A stretch of DNA of 64,000 nucleotides from Eledone cirrhosa (lineage: Eukaryota): assembly GCA_964016885.1 (NCBI GenBank), contig OZ024740.1, forward strand, positions 144,708,001-144,772,000. Direction: 5' to 3'. A program made the translations under genes and the position numbers. The notes beneath the pieces are model-generated. The model searched no databases. It was not told the origin of the DNA and saw nothing but the letters and a program-made list of their open reading frames with translations. Shown piece after piece: positions 53,610-64,000 of the stretch; position 1 is the stretch's first letter; the number at the start of each line of letters is the position of its first letter.

Positions 53610-55077
53610 TACTGAAATGTTAAAAGCATCAGAAGTAGGAATCAAACTAGTAACTTGCATAGTCAATCAGCTAATACAAGACGGAGTCATACCCAAGGAC
53701 TGGCACAGCAGTACAATCATAAATTGCTACAAGGGCAAAGGTGATGCTCTAGAAAGGAGTATAGAGGAATAAAACTGATGGACCAAGTTATGAAAATGAT
53801 GGAAAAAATTATAAAGCAACTAATTAGGGAAAGAGTCAAATTAGACGAGATGCAGTTTGGTTTCATGCCTGTGAAAAGTACTACAGATACCCTCTTCTTA
53901 GTGAGGCAACTACAAGAGAAGTTCCTAGCCAAGAATAAGCCACTATATTTAGCTTTTGTTGATCTAGATAAGGCCTTTGACAGAGTACCTCAATCTATTA
54001 TCTGGTGGTCCTTAAGAAAATTAGGTTTAGAAGAATGGCTTGTGAGAGCAGTGTAAGCCATGTACAGAGGAGCTGTCAATAAAGTGAGAGAAGGAAGTGG
54101 GTTTAGCGAGGAATTCATCAAGGTTCAGTTCTTAGCTGACTGCTGTTTATCATAGTTCTCCAAGCCATAACAGAAATTTAAAACTGACTGTCCATGGGAA
54201 CTTCTCTATGCAGATGATTTGGTCTTTATATCTGAATCTGTAAACAGAATTTGGAATTAAAAAGTCTGAGAATAAACTTAGTCAAAACTAGAGAATAAGA
54301 AAGGGCTAGAGAATAAGAAAGAAGATAAGACTTTGATCCCCTCAGTGAAGTGGCGCTGCTCCAAATGTAGATAAGGAGTAAGCATAAACTCCATACAGTG
54401 TACACAGTGTAAATCCTGGGTACACAAGAGATGTAGTGGGATAACAAGTAGACTAACAGGAAAGGAAGACTTTGTATGTAGAAGAGGGGAAGAGTGTCAG
54501 TGATATAAACCTCTTCGTGTTACAGGTGACTTATTTAGCAGTGGAGGAGGGTGCTCTGAGAGCATAATAGCTAGAATATAGATAGGATGGAAGAAGTTTA
54601 GAGAATTACTCCCATTGTTGACCACAAAAACCTTCTCCTTACATACAAAAGGATGACTGTATGATACCTGTGTGCGAAGTGCGATGCTGTATGGTAGTGA
54701 AACATAGGGAATGACTGCAGAAGATATGCATAGACTGGAAAGGAATGAAGCAACCATGCTTCATTGGATGTGCAATGTAAATGTGAGAGAAAGGCAGAGC
54801 TTGGTTGAACTGAGGGAGAATTGGGTTTAAGAAGAATCCAAGGTAGTGTGCAGGAGAGATGACTGCATTGGTATGGATGTGTGATGTGTATCGATGATGA
54901 TCAATTGGTGAAGAAATGCCAGTGGAAGGAAGTCAAAGTAGAGGTAGACCGAGAAAGACCTGGAACTCAGAGGAGATGATGAAGAAATGTGGTGAGTGGA
55001 GAGATGCTGTGCTGTGAAGGACCTGTCCAACCTTATGCAAGCGTGGAAAAACAGACGTAAAAACAATGATGATGATG
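53610..55077 (+). mobile_element. 5'-truncated decayed RTE LINE
   Basis: QFGFMPVKSTTD...YLAFVDLDKAFDRVP, LLYADD and YGSET motifs; (gat)n tail. Confidence 0.85.
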
Positions 55078-56679
55078 TCTATCTGCCTTTTGTCCTTAAG
55101 ACTGTTATCTCACTCATACTCTAACCTCTTAACTCTGCCAGGCATTTGACTGATTATAGAAAAAATATCTTTGTACATATGTTGTGTGCATGAATATAGT
55201 GAAATCAAATAGTAGGGAAGAAGAAAAATAATTGCTCTCTCCATACACTATTCTCCTTGCTGTGTTTGACATAAGAAAAAAATGTATGCGAGAAATTAAT
55301 TCAAACAAAATAAAAGAGAAGCATAAAAATAGTAGAATTAGCAATCAGAAATGCAAATGATAATTTTTTAATTGACACTATAATGTATGAAAGAAGACCC
55401 AAAAAACGTTCACATTCTGTAACTTTCAAATATAATAAAATTCTGTATCCAAATAATTATTTCACTGCATGAGCATAGATTTAATATCAGTTCCATTTAT
55501 CAAATGGTTTGTAATAAACTTTTAAGGTGTTCCGTGTATTTATGTAAGTATATATATGTGTAAAAGCTAAGCAGGAGTCGGGAGAATAAATAAAGATGCT
55601 GGGATGTCACAAATATTTATAATAAAAGATCTATCAGACATGGAACAAAGAAGGAGCAGTAGATGAGATGCAACAAAAGCATAGTACATGAGCAAGTCAT
55701 ATTGCAAACACGACAGCAACAAGATGAGTTCATGATGCTGAAAGACATCATCTCAGATGATCTTAAAAGATACTTGATCAAACTCAAATGAAAAGCCAGT
55801 GAGATAGAGTTAAGTAGAGTGCAAGATGAAGCTGAAGCACAAAGAGAAAGGAAAATAGAAGAAATGAGTTAAAGAATGACAGTAATATTTGCTAATAAGA
55901 GTCAAGAGCAAAGAAATAAAAAACAAAATAAGGATCTAAGACTTTCTACAAGATTGGAAAAATGAAACTGAAGAGAGAGAAATGATAGATGGCTCTAGAT
56001 AGACCTGCAAGCAGGATTAGATGAAAAAGTAAAGAGATGTGCTGCAAGCAAATGAAAGAAAGAGAGCTGTTAAGAGAAACAAAATGAAACTTGCATTTGA
56101 AATATTTGGTGATAGGAAGGGCGTCCCACTGTAGAAACCCATGCTAGAAAGGGTCAAGATGATTCCTCAGTTGTGCCAAAGGTATGACAAAAACCCTAGT
56201 GTTGATGATCTATATGATAAACACATTACTACATTTTCAATTAACCCACCAAACACATTGTGTGCTGAGTTTCCAGCCCTTTATGATATTGTAAAAAAAA
56301 AGATATCAGATTCATTGATCTTGTACATAAGCAATGCCTCCTGTATGGGGATCAATATTCCCTAAAGACTTCACAGACGACACAACAGCTAATATAGAGT
56401 GATACCCTTTCTTCAGAAGATGCTGTGATGAAGTGTGTAATCATGAAGTTGACAACCAAAATATTGTGCCACACTATAAACATCTCATGTACTGATACAA
56501 CTGCCACATCAATACTGAAATTTGTTCTTCATACACTTTGAGTAATATATCTTCAAGCACATAATATACTATCATCATCGTCACTATCACTACCACCACC
56601 ACCACATCTGTTTTTCCATACCAGCAAGGGTTAATATATAAATGTATGAAATGATAAAAAGGTTGATTTTGAATGTTGG

Positions 56680-58245
56680 AAAATGAACTTCTATCTGGCC
56701 CAGTGGAATGTTTAAATGCTACTAAAACAAAGAAATGTTGAATTGACCAGAAAGGGATACCACACTTATGGTACTACTATCTTTTGTAAGTTAGACTGCC
56801 AGAATATAGCAGTACCAAAGATATGGAGTACACATTCCTTTCGGGTGGGAAACTAACAGAGCGGTGTGGTTTTGTTATTAAAAAAGGAAAACAAAAGAAC
56901 TTATGGCAAAAATAAATCACCAGGAACCAATTGCTATTAGCAACCAGATTGTGTGTTCAGATTTCCCATGGAAAAGAGATGCTGTGCTATCTTGATTAGT
57001 GTTTACTCATCTACAATGATGAATCCTGATAATGTAAAAAAGGAGTTCTACAATACTCTGCAAATAATCTTATACAGTATGCTTCAGAGACAAGTTGATA
57101 ATGACGATTTTAATGACCACATTAATCAAGATGCAGAAAGATGGCCCAGTGTTTGTTATTGGCAAACAATGTGGAGAGCTGCAATACAGAGGGAAAACTT
57201 CTCAGTTTTTGCTCCAAGCAGGACCTCATCATAACCAACACCATCTCTTCAAACATGGAAGAACGGAAAGTGAGCTGGATGCATCCATGTTCAAAGCACT
57301 GGCATTTTGTAGACTACATGATATCATGTTAAAAGTGAATTTGAGAGGTAAACTGTAGGATGGAACACCATATAAGTCAATGTAGCCTTTATAGCAATTC
57401 CCAAATGGAACAAGACCAGCTCTTCCAACCCCATTAAGCTGGTTACAGAGGAGTTGGCAGTTAGGAATGTAAATGTCATTTTCGAAAGAGATTTGAATGA
57501 GGTTTTGGAATTATGGGGAAAACAACACAAATTAGAAAGTATAAATGCAAGATGGTCCTTGATTTAAACCACTGTATATGACACAGTTGAGACAAGAAAA
57601 CATTAAGATTGGTTTACTGTTAGAGCAATGCAACAAAGCTTGTCAGAAATACCTGCAGGTTTCCAATACTTGTTCCAACTCTGCTAAATTTTGAAAAACC
57701 AGGTGTTGATTGCAACAGTATACCCATAAATTGAAGTTGAAGTAGCAGGGAAACAAAGCAATTAAGCTGCAAAGAGTGATATTATTGAATGCTGGAACTA
57801 TCAAGGAATTTCTTTGGGAAGATTGCCTGAAACTTAATGTGAGTTCAGAAGGGGAAGAAGATATGGTATCTTGTTTCTGCCAGATTCAGAAAGAAATGTG
57901 TGAAACAGCAAGGTTTTGTATGTGGTCTTTATTGATTTTACAAAGGTATTTAACACAGTAAACTAGATGAGCTTGTAGCAAGTACCCAGAAGGTGTGGAT
58001 GTCCAGAAAAGTTCACTTGAATGATCAAATCCTTCCACACTGGCATGAAGGCTTGAGTTATGCAGTGGGAGTCAAAGAGGACTACACACTGGCTCCAACA
58101 TTATTCTTACTCTATCTGTCAGCGATGCTCTAGAAGGTATTCTGAAACTCAACTGAAGATATATACATATTTTATACATACAAAAAGATACGCTAACCTG
58201 TTTAAAGTGTCATACCTCAAAGTTAAAAGTAAGACAAAACATATA
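56680..58245 (+). mobile_element. Heavily decayed RTE-BovB-like LINE
   Basis: WNV start, LISVYSSTM and SWMHPCSKHWHFVDYMI motifs; FIDFTK-F RT remnant. Confidence 0.6.
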
Positions 58246-58329
58246 TTTTAGTGACTCAATCCACTACACTTAGCACTTTATAAAACTGAAATCTATATGC
58301 ATCACATGCTATACCAACTCTAGCACACT

Positions 58330-59870
58330 GCATCCGATTTTTTTTATATCCAGCTTTTCCTCAGTCTATATATGCTTTGTTGTTTATGCATAGTAACATT
58401 ACACATCCAATGGAGTATGCTCGATTCATTTCTTTCTAGTCATTGCAAATCTTCTGTAGTCATGGCCTACATTTCACTGCCATTACCTTCATATCTTTTA
58501 TTTACTCTGAGAGAAAAATCCTTTGTTACCAGCAGAGATAATAATGAAATAATTGTTATCCATCCTGTTCTCACTCTGATACTGTGCTTTTGGAACAACC
58601 ACCTTTACTGCTAAATAGGTTAACTACAGCTATCAACTACTTTTAGGTAGCCTTTCAAGCACAAACAGTCTACAATCTCTACCTGTGATACAACTACACT
58701 TTGTGCACAATGTGACACAAAGTACACTTTATGGAGTTTCTATCCATTCCTATTTTGAATACGGGGCACAACCATTTTCATGTTGTTAGCTGGGTCTTGT
58801 TTTCTTTCATGCTTGTTAAAACTTAAATCTTTGCTAAATTTACTTTGAAGCCTCTTGAGAGTAGGTTTTGTTGCTATGTTTAGAATTTCACTTCTAATTC
58901 TTCTACAGGTTCAGCTATAAAAAACTAAGTTATCAGCATCCAGAAGTTCACATGCACAGATAGTCTTAAACCCCTTTGTTATGACTTGGAAGACTATAAT
59001 AAACAAGAATCTGCATGGTAAATTTGTTACTGAGCTCATTACTAATTCTCAGTTTGTTGACTGCACCTCAGCACTTGACTTGCACAGCCTTCACAAGTCA
59101 ATCATCTATCTTAAGTTGCTTTAGAAATTACAGCATGTGGAAACCTACCTGCTATCTCCAGGTCAAAGAATGATCCTAGCTATTTACTTGTCCTGTGGTT
59201 ATCTCTAAGAAGAGGGCACTAATAGTAGGTCTTCTTGGTATAAAGCCAAACTGCATTTCACATAGACTAATTCTGTTCCTAACCAATTGAGCTATAATTT
59301 GTTCAATAACGTTTGCGGACTGGTTCATCAGTTTCATGTCTCTATAGTTGCCTCTCTTCAGTACATCTCCTTTGCTTTTGCAGCAGTTGATGCACATGAA
59401 GGCACATGGCTTAGTGGTTAGAGCATTGACCTTGCAATCGAAAGGTTGTGAGTTCAATTCTCAGACCGAGTGATGTGTTGTTTCCTTGAGCAAGACACTT
59501 TATTTCACATTGCTCCAGTTTACTCAGCTGTAGAAATGAGATGATAGGGACTGGGATCCATATCATTCCACTGCAAAGTGGTCGTGGAGGTGCCACGGCA
59601 AAAAAGCACCCAGCACTCACTGTAAATGAGGTTGGTGTTAGGAAGGGCATCCAGCTGTAGAAATCAAGCCAGAATCAGTTCCCGTCCCACCCTTGCAAGC
59701 AGGGAAAAAGCGGACGTAAAATGAAATGAAATGATGTTGATACTGCTATACCAGTCATTGAGTATTATACTTCCTAGTAATACCCAATTTACTATGTGAG
59801 TGACTAGAACATGACCTACTTCATCACATATTTTAAGTATCTCAGCATCTAACCTTGATGGTCAGCTGTC
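58330..59870 (-). mobile_element. Decayed RTE LINE fragment interrupted by SINE B
   Basis: KGDVLKRGNYRDMKLM...MQFGFIP. Confidence 0.65.
59398..59733 (+). mobile_element. Young composite SINE family B
   Basis: Near-identical to the 46725 and 19126 copies; (aaatg)n tail. Confidence 0.88.
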
Positions 59871-60219
59871 TTCTCTACTTTCATTTTTTGAATTGCCCTT
59901 GTGACCCTCATGCTCTAGTTATTCTTCACGATCATCTTGGTTAGTGACTTCAATGTATTTATTGGCCAGCACTAAGAATGCTACACTGGAGTAAGACCAA
60001 ATTTTTAGTAAGTTGGAAAGAAGACATGTGGCCTTGCTCAGTATGTAGAAAAGGAGTAGGTAGGAAATCTAGTCGATGTACACAATATGGATACTCAAGG
60101 TGTAGTGGGATGATAAGCAGGCTAACAAAAAAGGTAGGCTTTGCATGTGGATAGATGATAATAAAAGCCCCAGCAAAATAACCTCTTTTCAATAAATGCC
60201 ATGAAGGTCTCATAGGAGT

Positions 60220-60632
60220 AGTTAATAGTTTCTGTTACCTAGATGACCTAATTCAGCAATGGAGGTGGTTGCTCTGAAAGCATAGTAGCTATAAGAATAA
60301 GAACAGTATGGAAAAAATCCAAGGAGCTACTACCTCTGTTGACAACAAAGGATTTCTCTCTATGAGTAAAAGATAGGTTGTCTTTTATCTGCATATAAAG
60401 TGCAATGTTGCTTGGTAGTGAATGTAGATGATATGCGAAACAGAGAAAAATGAAGTGAGCATCATCCATTGAAGCAATGATCAGTTGAGAGAAAAGGAAT
60501 CAAATGCAGTGCACTGGTATGGACATGTGATACATATGGATGATGATCATTGGGTGGAGAGTGCCAAGATCCTAGATGGAAGCTGTATTGGGAAAGAACA
60601 ATTGAACCCATGCAAGCATGGAAAAAACAGGA
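60220..60632 (+). mobile_element. Decayed RTE 3' fragment
   Basis: HWYGHVIHMDDD motif; tail ccatgcaagcatggaaaa. Confidence 0.6.
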
Positions 60633-61589
60633 CACACACATGTATATACATGTATGTATCTATGCATACACACACAGACACACTATCATTTTACCTACAC
60701 TCTCCATGCTTGCATAGGTTGTTACAATCTGAGACCAGATGGGTTGGAATGACCTTATCTTCCTATGTTCTATATTTGTTATAGTTTCTATGGCTGGATG
60801 TCCTTCCTAATGACACCCACCTTACAGGATATACAGGGTGCATTTTTTCACAGCACCACCACTACCATTTTGTAGAATGTATTGGGTGCATTTTCCTGCT
60901 ACTAACACTTTACAGGGTGTACTGGGTGCATTTATCATGGCACCAGCACTAGAGTGATTGTTAACAAACTCATTCAGAATGAAGGGTCTTCTCAGATCCT
61001 GTATTCTTTCCTTTCAATAGCTAATACTGTAGCATCCATTCTCTTACCATGTTTATTTTTAATGTTGCAGTGCTTATACAGGTGAGTGGGTTTTTTGTAT
61101 TATGGCGTATTCTAGTCAGTTCAGTCCTATGTCATCTCTGTGAAATACAGTTTTTCTGCTCAATCTTTATAACTTCAAATGTGAAAAAATGGATATTAAA
61201 AATGATGATGATATGTATATATGTGTGTGTGTAAAGAACAGGTTTTCTTTTAGTTATAATTTGAACACACGACTGTTATAGTTATTTTTAGCTAGGATTT
61301 TCCATATATTCATATTAGTTCTTTTCAATTTTGGAACTGTAAGTTTCCTAAATCTATCATCAACATTTCTAAATCTTCATAGTCTCATTTTCGGCATGAA
61401 GTGATGTTATCATGTGTTACTGCCTCTTGAGAGTGGGCAGGATCAATATGACTACTATAGATGTTAGTACAGGAGTTTGAATTTTGACTCTTAGTTTTAT
61501 GTCATCAGTGATAGTTTTGTTTGTGACCAGTGTCTGTTGCCTGAATTTATTTTAGCATTGTGTTTTGTTATGAATACTACTTATATTAA

Positions 61590-61790
61590 GGTGGGTTGGC
61601 AGTTGGGTTAGAGCATGGGACAAATGCTTAGTAGTATTTTTTCTGGCTCTTTATGTTGTGAGTTCAAATCATGCCATGGTCAACTTTGCCTTTCATCCTT
61701 TTGAGGTTGATAAAATAAAGTACCATTTATATAATCGACTTTCCTGTTTACCCCTCAAATTACTGGCCTTGTGCCAACATTAGAAACCAT
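61590..61790 (+). mobile_element. tRNA-derived SINE family A, full length
   Basis: Head with gagttcaaatc B box, body gcctttcatccttttgaggttgataaaataaagtacca, tail ggccttgtgcc...agaaac. Confidence 0.75.
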
Positions 61791-62127
61791 TATTAATCAT
61801 TTATTTTTGTGGGGAATTATGTAGAGTATGGGTGTTTTCTCATATAGTTTTGTTTTGTGCTGTGTGATATAAGGAATGCATCCAATTGCTTGTTCTAAGT
61901 GCATGGTGAGCAGGAATGTATCATACTTGTATTGTCAATATAATAGAATCATATAGTTTACAAACATTTTTATTAATAAACAATTGAAGCACTGGGTGAT
62001 TTGAATTTTTTTTAATAGAAAATGCAGGAATCCCAAACATAAAATAACTGTAACAACAGCTGATTGCTGTAATTAATAGCTTAGAAAATCGGGTAATTAC
62101 CTTCCTAGAAATGGAAAAAAAAAGTGG

Positions 62128-62256
62128 CGTTACAGATAATCAAACTCTGTATTCCTCAAATTCTGATCAAGTGCTTTACCATTAAGCTAAAGAACTGCTG
62201 AATGGTAAGGCACTTTACTAGAATTCAATGGCTATAGAATTCGATTCTCTGTAACG
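62128..62256. repeat. Inverted repeat of two tRNA-like units, 60-bp arms with 9-nt spacer
   Basis: Arms 62128-62187 and 62197-62256 align without gaps at 46/60 identity. Confidence 0.85.
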
Positions 62257-62950
62257 GTGACTGGCCACTCTTTTTCTGTCTCTAGGCGTATTTTAGCCAA
62301 TTTTCCAAGCTACTATTTATAGCAATTGACTGTTACATTTATTTTCTGCATATGGGATTCTTGCATTTTCTAAAATAAAATGATAAAGTTTACAATTTTC
62401 ACATTGCAAACAAATTTATATATTACCTTGGTCATTATTAGTTTGTTTGCAGGTTTAATTACTTGTGGCTTGTTGTTGATAATTTTAATTTTTGTTTTTA
62501 AGTGTTGTAAAATTATTTAAACTAATTAATATTAAATTGTAGCAAATTTTGTGAGATAGAAATACAATATATTTCATATTGATAAATACAATCCAAAACA
62601 CCTTCCAATTTCATTTATGCTTTAAAAACACTTTATTAAGGAGGGAAATTATTTATAATGATCTGAATATTATCCCTCAATTATGAGGCAAAGAAACAGT
62701 AATAGAAATCAGTTTCATAGAGGAAGGTTATCCCAGAGAAAAAGATGAGAAAAATCCTCTGAAGGAGAAGGGTCAAAACTTATCTAATCAAATTAATTTT
62801 TTTTTAATGTTTGGAATATATTCCTTAAAAACCTATTATATTCCGTGTGGTCGAATAGAGCACAAAACTGAAATGTTTTAAAATGAAGGAGAAAGCAAAT
62901 TTAGACTGTAGTTCAATGCAGATCAGCTTGCAGTCATCATCATCATTATT

Positions 62951-63141
62951 TTAACCCTTTCATTACCAAATTTCTTATGAAAGACATTGCATACGTTTCA
63001 ATTTTGAAAATAATCAAGAATTTGGAGGAATTTAATAAAATAACTACATTTTTCATTAGTAAACTGATATAAAATTATGATGAAGATTTTGAATCATAAA
63101 ACTAGGGTCAGTTTCAGCTGGGTTGATATCAAAAGGGTTAA
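62951..63141. mobile_element. TTAA-flanked MITE (family 2)
   Basis: ttaa-ccctttcattacc...gatatcaaaaggg-ttaa. Confidence 0.78.
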
Positions 63142-64000
63142 ATCCACTTTTTCTTTGCTGATGGGAATGTCTTGTCAGCTGTTGTAGTTTTTTTGGTCAT
63201 CTATCACACATGCAGAAACAACTAATTGTTTTATGTATGTTAAGTTTATTTGTGGTGGCGATAGGGTTATAATTTTTGTGGTTGGATCCCTTTTTTCACC
63301 AACCACTTTACAACATGGACCAGGTGCATTTCATTGTACCAGTAACATTGATAAAGTCCAAAAGATAACAATGATAATATTATCAATTAAGGGACAAAGT
63401 TTGATATGTTGCTGAAATAGAGGTCAGTATTTTAACTCTTGACCATATTTATATACTTATGTAAAGATTATTTTGTATAGAAGGTACCTAAATGGTTGTT
63501 AGTTTTTCTTTTAGTTAATTAATCAGTGAAAATCTCCTGAACATTTGATAATTTGTGAACATGTTTTAATTGAACAAGAAAATCAGCAATGTATTTTCAG
63601 ATCATTTTAGCCTCTCAGCTAGGAAATTCTTGTTATCTAGATAACAATTTGATTATACTCAGATTATACTCAGTGAGACTAGTTTTATATTTTAAATAAT
63701 AATTCCTCTTTCAATCTTTCTATCAAAGCAAAAAAACCATTTGTATATTTAGTGACATTTAACTTTGAATAGCTTTTATGAACTCTCTTCTTTTTTTTTA
63801 TCTCAACAAACACTGGGATGATATTTTGAAATCCTCAAAAATTCTGCTTATTGAAAACAACTCTGTCATGAATGACCAGAATAAAAACAAAACTTAATCA
63901 TTACGCACTGAAGTATAATTTGAGAATGAAGATTCGGTTTTCATTTCATGTAAAAAACTACCATCATTGTGTAAAGTGGTAATGCTGGTGCCATGAAGGA

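Noticed and set aside
40736-64000. GSK3 exon 2 (KVTTVVAT...IGNGSFGVVY)
   Set aside because: Not found by eye or in the ORF track; probably beyond the window, although a short exon could have been missed.

Overview
AT-rich animal genomic DNA dominated by transposable elements. The SINE, MITE and RTE repertoire resembles octopus or another cephalopod; this is an inference, not a database match. The only host protein-coding sequence I can support is the first coding exon of a GSK3-beta/shaggy gene (40642-40735, +, MSGRPRTTSFAE... followed by a GT donor). It lies in a CpG-richer promoter-like zone (~37-42 kb), and I found no exon 2 in the remaining 23 kb. Large elements: a CRE-clade RLE retrotransposon with an N-terminal PHD-like finger inserted in a TTAA MITE (4.6-7.9 kb); a full-length decayed Expander/Rex3-like RTE with 11-bp TSD (9.4-12.5 kb); a near-intact CR1 LINE with a 72-Q ORF1 and a G_GGA_AAC slippery heptamer at the ORF1/ORF2 junction (14.6-19.1 kb); a Merlin-like foldback element built around Tx1-like LINE 3' ends (2.5-3.1 kb); and a non-autonomous Helitron (48.9-50.0 kb). 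There are also many CR1/RTE 3' fragments, two tRNA-derived SINE families and TTAA MITEs. The most interesting unexplained structures are the CR1 frameshift signal and polyQ ORF1, the LINE-derived foldback TIRs, and a back-to-back tRNA-like palindrome with 60-bp arms in the presumed GSK3 intron. All calls were made by eye and the boundaries of decayed repeats are approximate.
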